Shown in pieces: positions 36,523-48,564 of a stretch of DNA of 64,000 bases. Position 1 is the first letter of the stretch. Every line of letters starts with the position of its first letter. Under the pieces are notes generated by a model, which saw only the letters and a list, made by a program, of their open reading frames with translations, was not told the origin of the DNA and searched no databases. Source of the stretch: Minutocellus sp. GHC0000111 (lineage: Eukaryota); the NCBI GenBank assembly GCA_977018835.1, contig OZ361257.1, positions 3,038,001 to 3,102,000 of the forward strand, in the 5' to 3' direction. Position numbers and translations under genes: made by a program.

Positions 36523-37224
36523 TCAATTAGATTTTTTTAGAGGTTGCAATGCCATCAAAAAGTCTTCGGATGCTTTGTCTCTTCTCTCCTTCGCTCTCTC
36601 TTGTGTGTTATGCACATATCCACTGAAGACACCCCACGCTGTCCCCCCGAATTGATTGGCTCCACCAAGTACCACCGCTTCATATCTTCTTCTGAAGAAA
36701 CCACCTTCCCTTGTTCGTTCCACCTCGGTCTTTGCTCTACCACCCAGCATGATGAGAATGTCTGTCACGTACTCGAATTCGGCCGTCCCAGTGATGTATA
36801 TAAACCATATCAGTAAATGCCGACCAATCTCAACTATGCAGATAATTGGTAGGATGCGAAGTAGGTTCAGATTTCTAGTGGCGCAAAAACTGAGAATGCT
36901 AAAAACAGAAGCATGGAGGTAAACCTTTTGGTGGGGTTGGAGGGATCGAATCCAATCAGCCATAGTGTACGCGGTAGACGGCTCAGATGGTGCTGTTACA
37001 GATGTCGCAGATATTTCTTCAGGTGCATTCAATGATAATCCTTCTACCGGTACCTTGATCTCTCCCGAAACAGAAGCCGGTTCCCCGCTCACCACGTCGG
37101 TCTCATTCGTTGCATTCAGGACTTTGCTGTCTTGCGGCGTTGCTGCATCTTCCGCCTCGTCGGCCAAGCACCTTGCCTTTAGCCGCCACCGTCGCCGTCT
37201 CGCTACATTGGAAGGGGATTTCAT
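36523..37224 (-). CDS. Uncharacterised membrane protein, paralog of 26192-26839
   Basis: ORF starting MKSPSN with the hydrophobic segment TRNLNLLRILPIICIVEIGRHLLIWFIYIT. Confidence 0.6.
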   Translation of the reverse strand: MKSPSNVARRRRWRLKARCLADEAEDAATPQDSKVLNATNETDVVSGEPASVSGEIKVPVEGLSLNAPEEISATSVTAPSEPSTAYTMADWIRSLQPHQKVYLHASVFSILSFCATRNLNLLRILPIICIVEIGRHLLIWFIYITGTAEFEYVTDILIMLGGRAKTEVERTREGGFFRRRYEAVVLGGANQFGGTAWGVFSGYVHNTQERAKERRDKASEDFLMALQPLKKSN

Positions 37225-37526
37225 GCTTGCTTGCAAAGAACGTTCACAACCTCTTAATTCGACAGGTCGGTCGGGTGTTATTATTATTCGATTACTGGGC
37301 TGTGTAGTATGCCATCGTCCCCGACGCCCGAACGCCGACGCGACGGCCGTCTCGATCGGCCTTCCGGCCGTCGATCTCGAGCATGATTTCGACCCTGGAG
37401 TCCTGCTGGATACTGTTCCTAGGTATAAGATTACAGTACATGTAGATGGATTCGATTCATTCATTCCTACCAGTTGGATTTCCCTGCTACGTAGCTACAC
37501 AAAGATCTCTTGTACAGTTTACAAAT

Positions 37527-39645
37527 CTACAACACACCTTGGGGCAAAACTCCAGACCGATACGCCAAAAAGCTGATGAGAATGAATAAGCCGATTGAGC
37601 CTAGAATTGTCCCGATGAGAACTTGCGCAAATGCATTTGCATCATTCTCCAAATTGTTGAGCAAGTTCATACCAAAAATTGATCCAACAAGCGAAGCTGT
37701 GGCAACACAAAGAGACGCAATGCTAACCATCGTGCTGATATAAAGTAGACGATTTCGAATGGCATCCAACTTCATCGTCACCAACTCCTCCGTACTTGTA
37801 ATCTGTCCTTTGAGCAATTCGAGAGTATTGACAACACTGAGAGATTGTTGCATATAGGATTCCAACAGTAGTTCTGGTTCGTCGCTTTCTTCCTCCAAGA
37901 TCTCCTGCGAGACAGGTTGGATAAATCGCTCGGGATGTGTTATAAGTCGAGACAAGTTCATAAGCGACATATCTTCGTCTTCATCAAGTACAAGGTTCAA
38001 TGCTCGTACGAATCCCCGAACTCGTGCCTCCATTTCTCCAACGCCATCTTTCAAGATTCGAAGCTTCTCCTGTGCATGGTCTCCAGGTGTTGACTTTCTC
38101 GAATCGCCACGCAAAGCGGCCATTGCAATGTACACCTTGTGTCGCAATTCCGAAGCATCTCCAGACAAAAGAGACGAAACACACGAGAGCACAGCATCTA
38201 CCGCCTGCAATTCAAACGGCAGATCCAGATAGATTCTGTTTTCTATTTCGTCCCATTCCTCTTCTCCTTCGTAATCAAGTTCCTCAACCGTTTCGGTTGA
38301 CGTGGTACCGCGGCTCCCTCCTTCATCATCCCCATCGCTTCCGAGTTTACTACTGGTGCCGCTCTTTTGTTCGTCCTGTTGTGCTCCCTTGGACTGCAAG
38401 TTTTGAGCTAGTGGAATGGTTGGTTCAAGCGCATTCTCCTCCTCCTCCTGACTATTGTTATCGCCACTTTGAAGAAGAGCATCCCCATTCTTGGTGGACG
38501 TGTCCTCAGCCTCTGATGATCCACCTATTTCAGAAGCTTCCGATCCCATTGTACTCGATATCATACGCTTCTCTTCGCCGAAGACAGACTTTTCTAATTC
38601 CTTGATTCCACCCTTTAATTTTTTTCCAACGAAATGAGAATCGAATCTGCACCATCGGGCACCAAAACTAGGAGCCGATCTCTTAGCACGATAGCACGGA
38701 GAGGATCGAAATTGAGAAGCATGCCGTCGAACAATCAGCGCCGGTTCGTTCGAAGAAGAGAACGGCGTTACGAGACGGCTTTTGCGTGCATGTGAAGAAT
38801 TATGTGGCATAAGTTATGATATAATTGACAAAATAAACACAAAGCAGAGGCATGCAGATCGTCTCTATACGATGGAATCAAATCCAGCGAAACGCAAAGA
38901 GCGTAATGTCATCTAGCTAGCTAGAGCAATTTGCCGCTGATTAATTAAAAACATACACAATATGTACTTACCGCATATCTCGTGGGTGCAAGTAGCCTCC
39001 CAGCCTCTCACGAAACGTCACGTGAGTATTTTCGAATTGGTTTGAGACCCCACCATCTCCTCCCTCTTGCCCTTCATTACCATCGACATCATTCGTCCCT
39101 CCAGGAGTAAGAGGATGAAACCTAACGCTTCTAGTCGATGACCACGACGGTGTCTGTGCAGATGATCCGGGGTTATTGGCAGATGGGGGCAATCGCTGAC
39201 CATCTCCGCCGGTACCCGAGTACAGAGGAGGTGTTGGCATTGTGCGAGACGAATCATCAACGCTGACTGATCCACTTCGTAGCCGCGTTGGTCTGGTGAG
39301 TGATGCCCTGGGGCCAATTGCTGGAGACATTTGCGCCTCACTTTCCGACGTACATCTTTGTAAAGAGAATGTTCGAGATGACCTGCCCAGGCCGGCACCT
39401 CCAGCACCACCGCTACTGCCGCCGCCGGCACCAGCACCACACTCAATGGCCGATTGGATCGAGGGTCGATTCGTGATGCACTTCATGACATAGTTGTAGA
39501 GGCCCCGAAGGGTCATGGTCCGATACTCCCTGTTCCCATCCTCGCCAAGCTCAAATACCACGATCTCTTCCAATCGCTCCGTTAGGACGGACTTGCCGCC
39601 AATGTTTGACCGACGCCTATTCCTGTTCGGACCAGGGCGAGGCAT
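37527..39645 (-). CDS. CorA/MRS2-family magnesium transporter, 2 exons (intron about 38971-38779)
   Basis: LHPRDMR|RL, LPFELQAVDAVL, ELLLESY, LDAIRNRLL and GSIFGMNL (GMN motif), plus two C-terminal TM helices. Confidence 0.9.
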
Positions 39646-39981
39646 GATGTTGGCGTCTTCTTGTGGGGTGATTGGTGGTGGAGTTGGGTGGTTCGGTTGC
39701 AGCAGCCAGACAGCCAGAATGCAATGGAGAACCCCTTATCATCTTTCCTCTTTTCCTTTTAACTATTCATGTATCAGGTCGAACAAATCGAGCCCATCAC
39801 GCAGACGGCAAAGGCATGATACATGTATCCTCATTCGAACGTACCGGTATGTAGTTCTAATCTCCTTATAACTTCTTGGTTATGTACATTATGCACTACG
39901 GCAGGAATATATTTACAAGCGACAATGCAGCCATCATCATGCTCAGGATGCAAAGCACATCAACAGCAGAATGACTGGTCC

Positions 39982-41100
39982 TCAAAACTGCGAAGATCGG
40001 TAATGCTCATGAAGGCTCATTATAGTTCTTCTTCTGTCAAAGGTAGCAAAACTTTGTGACCTTTGCGGGTGCTTGTTGCCTTTTTTACAATCTCTACTGT
40101 CGTTGCAGGGAGTGCAATTCTTGTTTCTATCACTCGGCGAGGACTTTCTATTGAGGACCCGTGAGGCTGCACGCGCAGCTTTTCGTTTGGCACTCTCCGA
40201 AGCCTCCTCAAATTTTGCAAAGGGAAGCAGTTTCACAGTACGATCACGCTGCGACTGTGTAGCCTTAACTTCCTTGACCCGATCCGTTATTTCGGCTGCG
40301 GTCGCTAGATTGTTTCTAAGGAGAATCTGCCTTCTCATGAAAGCAGGCAGAACGAGCTCGTTGCCCTGTCGCCGATCTTTCTCGTTTCGATGTTTTTCAT
40401 AAGCATCGACTTTTATTGGGCCAATCGATGAAAAGTTCCAGCCAAGGGAAATGGGAGGCCCAACGGATACCTCCGGGCTGTCTCCGAGAACTACCTGATA
40501 TCGTCGAATTCTGATTGAATCAAAACGAACATGTCGATGATGATTCAACTTGCCGTTTCCTCGACGACGATCGAAATTCTTTGTGCTGGAAGACAGACAC
40601 GATTTCAATGATGACGATGGCGCCGAAGACCCGTGGCTAAGACTTCTTACGGACATGGTCAGTGTTTCGGTGATATCAGTGGCGGACGAAGAGTCACCAT
40701 CGCTGCTGCTGTCCACCCTTACCAACGCTCTGCCTTGCCTTCCTTCCTGCCTTCGCTTTAACGCGACTTGCCGATCACTAGAATCTGCATCTGACCACCC
40801 GAGATCAATCGAATCAGGTGTCACCATGGGACAGTGACACAATCTCGATGTTGCTGTTGGCTCATCCGTCGGCGTCCGTGGCAGGTCCCCCTGCCCTCGA
40901 TAGCAGCAGCTCTCATCCGCCACTCTGTGCTGTAATCGTGTCAGCTTCGCCATCATGCGAGTACTGGTCTTATTGCATTCTGGTGCTGGAAGGATATTAG
41001 TACCACAACTCTGCTTTTCCCCGCAGGTGGGAGTATCATTCGCACCACGAGAAAATCCAACCATCACTGAGGTACCGTGACTGCGGCTGCTTGTGGCCAT
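39982..41100 (-). CDS. Uncharacterised protein of a diatom-type family with VRF...LGD.P..GPPISLGW motif
   Basis: SSLKSCL...HVRFDSIRIRRYQVVLGDSPEVSVGPPISLGW..VDAYE...LVLPAFMRRQIL; RVxF-like motif. Confidence 0.7.
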   Translation of the reverse strand: MATSSRSHGTSVMVGFSRGANDTPTCGEKQSCGTNILPAPECNKTSTRMMAKLTRLQHRVADESCCYRGQGDLPRTPTDEPTATSRLCHCPMVTPDSIDLGWSDADSSDRQVALKRRQEGRQGRALVRVDSSSDGDSSSATDITETLTMSVRSLSHGSSAPSSSLKSCLSSSTKNFDRRRGNGKLNHHRHVRFDSIRIRRYQVVLGDSPEVSVGPPISLGWNFSSIGPIKVDAYEKHRNEKDRRQGNELVLPAFMRRQILLRNNLATAAEITDRVKEVKATQSQRDRTVKLLPFAKFEEASESAKRKAARAASRVLNRKSSPSDRNKNCTPCNDSRDCKKGNKHPQRSQSFATFDRRRTIMSLHEHYRSSQF

Positions 41101-41280
41101 CGTAAATGACCTCGATGAAGGATGAAACTCGTTTCGGCCTACTCGTACAAACAAAAAATGACAGAATAGCACCAGATCGCGCGCCCGATGGATGTTTGAT
41201 CCCACCAGCTCGCAAGCAAGATGATGGAAATGGCGCAGCTCAATCAAATCAATATTCTCGTGCGAAAGCTACCTTGATCG

Positions 41281-41564
41281 TCATCGTTTTTTGTGCGTGA
41301 TTTTTCCCCCTCGATAGCTCAGCCTGTGTGTGCGGAATTTTCGAGCCGGACCTTCGATGTCCCCAACCTTGAATGTGTCTAGAGTGGGGACGTAAGCGAG
41401 GCAGGCCGGCTCGATCAAGTCTTTTTGCCATATTTCAGGGGGAAAAGTTGGTCCGGCAGGAAATTGCGACTTTTCCCGTACTTCGCCGTGTTGGAAACAC
41501 GGACGACGGAAAGACGAATGTCCAGTTTTTGGGTCGAGCGGCTCACCTAAAGCTGGACCAACTC
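41281..41564 (-). mobile_element. Solitary end of a GAG...CTC-terminated DNA element
   Basis: It ends ...TCACCTAAAGCTGGACCAACTC (41564), the same terminus as at 57116 and 60490. Its reverse complement resembles 59785-60030. Confidence 0.7.
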
Positions 41565-42450
41565 TGTAGCAGTAGTGTAATTTCATTTTCTAATTTTATA
41601 CATGCCCTGCTCCCATCTCTACATCCTCATCTCCATCGGTGGCCATCATGATCATTTGTTGGCGCTTGTCATCAGTTTCTGCTTTAACAGCTTCGGTCCT
41701 TGTCCTTTTCCTTGTTCTTGCCACACCCGAGAGTTTCGCTCCCGCCTCTCCTCGACCTTTGGATTGGATGCCCTCTCCTCAGCCTTGAACTGCGCCGTCT
41801 GTTGGGCCTCATATCCCTTGACGCCCTGAGTCCGACGATCTTCCTTAACGCCCTCTTGGTGGGCTCGCTCTACAACAAACGATTCGTCGAGCCAATAGAT
41901 GCCTGCCGCCCCATCCATTCTTCACTAGCCAAATGTGTTGGTCCAAGATGTGATCTTCGAGTAAGTGCCACTTGGGCGTTATGCTAATACCGATTGCCCG
42001 TGCTTGCTTGAGGGCACTTGCAATCAATGCTTCAAGCTCTCTCACAGCCTTCTTTGCCTCATCATCCCATTTCATGTGCCATTTCAGAAACCTGGAATAT
42101 ATTGCGTCAAGAGTGTGGAGCAAATTAGAGCAAGCTTTGCAGAGCTCTTTGATTTCGTCATCCGTCATGCCATCTTCCTCGCGATTGTGCTCTAGGAGAG
42201 TTCCTTTGGTGGAGGTGTTATGGTGGATGGATGAACTCTGTTGTCCTTGGTTTCTTCTTGTTGTTGCCATCAGAAATATTAATAGATGAAGCTCTCCAGC
42301 ATTCTGCCAGCACTGCCCTCATTTTACCTGAGTCGGCCGCCTCAATGCCGGCCTTTTTCAGGAAATGGAAGTGAGGGGCATCGTCATCCTCGGCATCATC
42401 GACAGCTCCCATCTCTGGCTCGCCATCACCGTGCTTCTGACGATTCTTCT
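41565..42450 (-). mobile_element. Second, truncated copy of the RAG1/Chapaev-like transposase 3' region
   Basis: Close nucleotide match to 14030-14914; encodes ITPKWHLLEDH...DESFV(V)ERAHQ. Confidence 0.85.
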
Positions 42451-42451
42451 A

Positions 42452-45400
42452 CGCATGTCAGCTGAGGACGATGGCGAGGACGGTGTCATGAACAAGCACC
42501 TTTCGGTTTCAGAGGATTTGTTGAGGGTGTACCAATAACCCCTAAAAAGGTCATTCTTGCACACCCATTTCTCATTTCCCACCACGTGTTTTGTTAGTCG
42601 ATCGATGTTCTCTTCGGGAGGAACGCAAACACTCCTCAACTCGTGGATGTCTACTGGACCTGCTCATTCAGTAGGTTGCCACCGACCAGTAGTATCCACT
42701 GAATTCGCAGGTCCAGTAGATTCTGGCAGGAGGAACACATACATATTTTTTGGTCCCCCGCACACCCTCTCTCACCGCAACCCGCAAATTTTGTGACGAT
42801 GACGACGACCAACCAGACCACGCCCAAAAAATACAAACGCAGCAGAACTTCGTTCTCAGGGAGCAAGAGAGGCAACACCAAGGCATCCAGGAAGGCGGCA
42901 AAGGCGGCAGCTGAGCCGAAAACACCATCGCCGAGCGCAAACACGTCGAAGAAGCGGCCACGGTCAAATTCGCCCGCCAAACCGTCACCGTCGTCGGCGA
43001 AGAAGAGGACGGCCCCTCCTCCTATCCCCATGGCCTTTCTCCTTGCAGCAGATGTCATTCGAAGGGCTGGTAAGGATCTGTGGTGGAGAGTAACCCCCGA
43101 TTCCTGCGGCAAAGATGACATTTGTGTTGGTTCTTGGCAGAAATGGGAAGACGTCCTCCCTGCTTTCATCGAGGCCGACTTGTTGCGTTCCAAGTCCGTC
43201 GGTGGAGGAAAGTATGAGCTACAGTACAACGAGGAAAAATGGAAGGACATGCAGCAACATCTCAAGGAGCATTGTAGTTTGAAGTTGTGCACTTGTCGAC
43301 GCATCGGCCGAGAGGGAAGACAAGACGCAGGGGGCGCTTTATGTTTGTGCTCACAGGTTGCGTAAAAAGAAGGAGGACAACCACCCGAAATTCTCTGGAC
43401 CGGAGGGACAGAAGGTGCACGAGAAAAGAAATCCCGATGAAGTTCTGTTCTCTGGGCGCTCGACTGTCTTAGCTACTAAGCTAGGTGAGAGGTTGTCAGC
43501 TCACAGAAAGGAGGCACAGTCAGCGCATTGCGAAGCAAGAGTAAAATCACTAGTCGACGAGGCCAAGAAACTGGGTTGGATGCCAGCAAGTCTCCTCAGC
43601 ATACTGAAGGGAACTGGTGACACTTCCGCCACTGAAGCAGCTGCAGCCTCCCCCAATGATGAAGGTTTAGGAGGAGCCGATACTTCCGTTGTCTGTGCCA
43701 CCTCCAGTGACATTGATGAACAGGTAAAGGTCGCTCTCGGCCTCGACTTTGTTGTTCGGATGGCCAACGATGACATGCTCCGTCCTCCTCGTCCCAATGC
43801 AACCGTCACCGAACCAACACCAATCAGAAAAGAAAAGCAGGCGAATGAAAGAATGCGGTTCAGCGCCGTGGCTCTCGCGGATTGGTGGGGACACGGCGAC
43901 CCAACTCGCACGCATGAAGACCGGCAACAAATTGCAACTGCCTGCCGCGTGTCTCGGCAAGTTGCGCACGATCACGGTTATGCCAAGTCAACCGGTGGTT
44001 CTCAGCTTTACAAGTGGAGAGACCAGCTCTACAAAAGCCTTACTGATGGCATCAGCAATCCCATCGGCAGAAAGGAGGTTCGTGGAAGGAAGGCATGCAC
44101 GGACATGATCGAGGAGAAGGAGCCAGGATGTCTCCCCGCGAGCTGCATCGGTGTGCTACTCGGATGAAGGGTGCGATGGCAACCTTTAAGGAGCTAGCTG
44201 ACTGTATGAGCGCAAAATCAGCTACTCCAGATGAAGATAGGCTGACAATTAGTCTCCATCGTCTTCAGCTTTTTCGCTGGTGGAAAAAGCAAGGCGGTAA
44301 GGAGAAGTCGTCGATCGAGAAGCCGAGGCTCACCCCCGAACATTGCAGGAAGCGACTTGATTGGATCGAAAAGTGGGAGGACATTACGACCGATCCCAAC
44401 ATTCCTGTAGCGTATCTTGATGAAAAGTGGTTTTACACTACTACTCGGCGACGAAAGATCAAGATGTTGCCACTTTCTGACGAAGAACTAAGTAGTCCGA
44501 ACCTCGCGTCTATCCATGCTTCCGAGGCAAGCCCGAAAATTCGATCCAGAAGATACCCTGTCAAAGTTATGTATCTTGGAGTTGTTGGCCGACCAATGAA
44601 GGATGAAACCAAAGACGTTGATTTCAATGGGCGCATCATGATCAAGAGAGTCGCCAGGGAGCAGAAGGTGGAAAAGCTTACGCGTAATCAGAATTTCTCT
44701 CCAGATGCTAAGGTCAACGATGCGCTAAAAAATGACAAAGATTGGCGCGACATTTACGACGAGAATGCTGACATGACCGCCGGCCATCTTTGCGACCACA
44801 TTGCCGAAATCTACGGCCTTTCTGAGTTTGTTACAGAGCGATTGGAACTTCAATACGAGGACTATAAATCCGACGGTCAGGCAAAAAGTCGCAAGCATGC
44901 CGCTGTTGGCTACAATCAAAAGATCTCGAGTCTCAAGCGACACACTCCTGATAGCAATGGAGAGAAGGTGAAGGTTGAGATCGACGACCTTGAGCTCGGG
45001 GTGCGGTATCAACGGGGCAATATGGTTACCAAGGACTGTAGCTGCGACTCCAAATGGATGTTGGAGACTATGAATGAGGTCGGGAAGGCGATTCGAGACG
45101 CACATCATTGGGTGAAGTGGGATCCACAAAATATTCAGGAGTCTGATGTTATATATCTTATGATGGACAATGCCGGCGGTCATGGGTCCAATGAAGCAGT
45201 TGAGAAGTACACCGAGGACCTCAAAAACAAACATAAGATTGAGATAATCCAGCAGGTTCCTCGGTCGCCCGAGACAAATGTTCTTGATCTCGGCATCTGG
45301 ATGTCTTTGCAGTCGGCCGTCGAAAAGGAGCATCGCGGTGGTCAGAAGAATGATGCGAATGCTCTTGACAAGACTGTGATGAAAGTATGGGCCAATGTCG

Positions 45401-46014
45401 CATCAAAAGAGGCCTTTCTCAATGTATTTGGAAAACTTCCAGTGATATGTAACAACATCAAGAGAAGTCGTGGCGGTAACAATCTTGTGGAGACCAGACG
45501 GGGAAAGGCTGGTCTCGCAAAAATTGCCGAGGAAGAAGCTGAAGAGGATGGTGAACCACTCTGGCCAATTGATGCTCCCGGCGAAGATGATGACATTGAG
45601 GACGACATAGATGAAAATGATGAAGACGATGGAGTCATTGATTTGCTATAACTTATCATAGCATGTCCATTTCTATTCATTACATTTTGATTTGGTGCTT
45701 CCAAAAATGTGTTTTTTCCCGGGGTGAGGAATGCAAATGTCGAAAAAAATCATCACATAATGTACATTTATTGGTTCTGGTGCACAATATCTCTCGACTA
45801 TATGTAGAAGTTGGTGACCATAACTTGGTTCTTGCCCCGACTTCCATCTTGGCCGTCATTTATTCCTCGGAGTTAGAAAAAGTGAGAGCTTGGATTTTTG
45901 GTCTGGTGTGGTCGTGTTTCTAATACGTCATCATCACGTCACTTTCAAATCCTCTGAACTCGAAAGGTACAGCCGGTGAGCGTGAAACGTGCTCATTAAC
46001 CTCATCTCAGCACG
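42452..46014 (+). mobile_element. Tc1/mariner-superfamily DD39D transposon with degenerate TIRs, flanked by TA
   Basis: TA at 42450-42451 and 46015-46016. The subterminal inverted motif AAATCCTCTGAAnnCGAAAGGT lies 46 bp from each end. Confidence 0.75.
42799..45651 (+). pseudogene. DD39D (plant-mariner-like) transposase split by frameshifts near 43320-43360 and 44130
   Basis: KPRLT, YLDEKWFY, KVMYL, MMDNAGGH and QVPRSPETNVLDLGIW; 39 residues lie between the second and third Asp. Confidence 0.88.
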
Positions 46015-46118
46015 TATGTTTTCGTCTTTTGGTCCGCCACTCATCATGTCTCGTTCTGTTTCTCTCCTTCTCTCTCTCTCACGTTGGTCGCCGACGCTCG
46101 CATCACCCAAACAAATAG

Positions 46119-48201
46119 CAATCTGACGGGCCCCAAATCGCAGGGTGCCTCGCAGGCCATGCTGTACGCCACCGGGCTGAAGGAGGAGGACATGAACAAG
46201 CCTCAGGTTGGTATCTGTTCGGTTTGGTACGAAGGAAATCCATGCAACATGCATCTTCTGGAGCTGTCTGAGTACGTGAAGGAGGGTGTGGTTGGCAGTG
46301 ATCTCGTGGGATACCGATTCAACACTGTTGGCGTCTCGGATGGCATTTCCATGGGAACCACCGGTATGCGCTTCTCTCTCCAGTCTCGCGACTTGATTGC
46401 CGACTCGATCGAAACCACCATGGGTGCACAATGGTACGATGGACTGATTGCCTTGCCTGGTTGTGACAAGAACATGCCGGGTTGTGTCATGGCCATGGGC
46501 CGGCTCAACCGTCCTTCCATCATGGTCTACGGAGGCACAATTCGCGCTGGAAAGCAACCCTCCAACGGAGATACATTGGATATCGTGTCTGCCTTCCAAG
46601 CTTATGGTCAGTTTGTGTATGACAAAATTTCTGAAGAAGAGCGCAAGGAGATTATTCAGCACTCCTGTCCCGGCCCAGGCGCCTGCGGTGGTATGTACAC
46701 TGCCAATACCATGGCTACTGCCATTGAAGCGCTTGGCATGTCCCTCCCTTACTCGTCCTCGGCTCCTGCTGACTCTGAGGAAAAGCGCGACGAGTGCCGA
46801 AGGGCTGGTGAGGCCATGAAGGTCCTTCTCGAGAAGGACATCAAGCCCCGCGACATCATGACCAAGGCCGCTTTTGAGAACGCCATCACTATGGTGATGA
46901 TGACGGGAGGCTCGACGAACGCTGTTCTTCACCTCATTGCCATGTCTCGCAGCTGTCAGGACCCCTCTGTTGCCATCACGCTCGATGATTTCCAGCGCAT
47001 TTCTGACAAGACTCCGTTCCTCGCGGACCTCAAACCTTCTGGCAAATATGTCATGGAGGACGTCCAGGGCATTGGTGGTACGCCGGGTATGATCAAGTTC
47101 CTGATCGACAATGGCATGTTCGACGGCGACCAGATGACCGTTACCGGTAAGACGCACAACGAGAATCTGGCTGAAATGAACCATCCTGGCCTCACTCCGG
47201 GGCAGGAAATCATCCGTCCTCTCGACGATCCCATCAAGAAGACCGGTCATTTGCAGATTATGTACGGCAACCTCTGTCCCGGTGGCGGCGTTGCCAAAAT
47301 CACCGGTAAGGAAGGAGAGACCTTTACGGTAAGTTGAATTGGACCGACCTGGATTGATTTGAAATAGCTGGTGATTTTGTGTTGGCCGAGTTTGCAATGC
47401 CATTCCAAGTTTTTGTTTTGAACAAAAAATCAAACTCTCATTCACTTTACTACTCTTTTCAATGTTTGCCCTACAAACAGGGAACGGCCAAGGTTTATGA
47501 CAACGAGCAGTTGATGTTGAGAGGTTTGGAAAATAAGGAGATTAAGTGCGGTGATGTTGTCATCATCCGTTACGAAGGCCCTACGGGAGGACCTGGTCTG
47601 CCTGAAATGCTGACGCCTACAAGTGCCATTATGGGAGCTGGACTTGGCGATTGTGTTGCATTGCTCACCGATGGCCGCTTCAGTGGCGGTAGCCACGGCT
47701 TCTGCATCGGTCATATCACTCCTGAGGCTCAGGTTGGAGGACCCATTGCCCTTGTACAAGATGGAGACCCAATTAGAATCGATGTGAGTTCATGTATAAT
47801 TTTTCTACTGTTTTCACCTTGGTGTTGTTGGACATTGAAATAGCCTTATCCTCTTGCATTTTGGTGATGCCCTTTCTTTCCTCTCATGCGTGTCTTCGAT
47901 TTATATCCATTCATCTTGTTCATAAATATAGGCACGCCCCGAAGCCAGGACTATCGATCTTTTGATCTCCGATGAAGAGTGGGAAGCCAGGCGGAAGGCA
48001 TGGTCGCCTCCTCCTCTCCGATCGTCGCAGGGAACTCTCTTCAAGTACATCCAGAATGTTGCTACCGCATCCCTCGGCTGTATCACTGACGAGGTCGGAA
48101 CAAGCTCCAATGTTGCTGCTGCCTCTCCCAAAACCCCCGCCGTTGCCGAACTTGAGGCCAAAATTAAGGAGCTCGAAGAAAAGTTGGGCGTCAGTGCGTA
48201 A
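46119..48201 (+). CDS. ilvD: Dihydroxy-acid dehydratase, 5' exon missing; exons 46119-47328, 47481-47783, 47932-48201
   Basis: [67 protein letters not shown] and TDGRFSGGS motifs. Confidence 0.93.
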
Positions 48202-48564
48202 ATTGTGTGGCTGACTCACAAAAGTTGGGATATTATCGGTTGTTAGCTTACCAGCTACGTCGAAACCTTCGGTTTCGACTATCGGTAGACCTAAACACCT
48301 ACTAGGTCTTTGTGTCCATGTAATGTTACAATCATTGATGAAAAGAAATGTGATACTCTAGTAGATCTAGATCTAGCTAGTATGTACGTGCTGAGGTGAG
48401 GAATGAACCCATGTCGCACCCATGCCGCAACGACGATGAATTTCCGATCCCAATGCCCAGCGACCGCGGCAGCAATCTCGTTGTCCTCGCATTCACATTC
48501 ATGTTCGTTTTCATATTCGTGCTCGTCGTGCTGGAATGGCGTGAGGCTGTTACTACGGCTCCTT

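Noticed and set aside
45934..47445. 503-aa minus-strand ORF
   Set aside because: It is the antisense shadow of ilvD.
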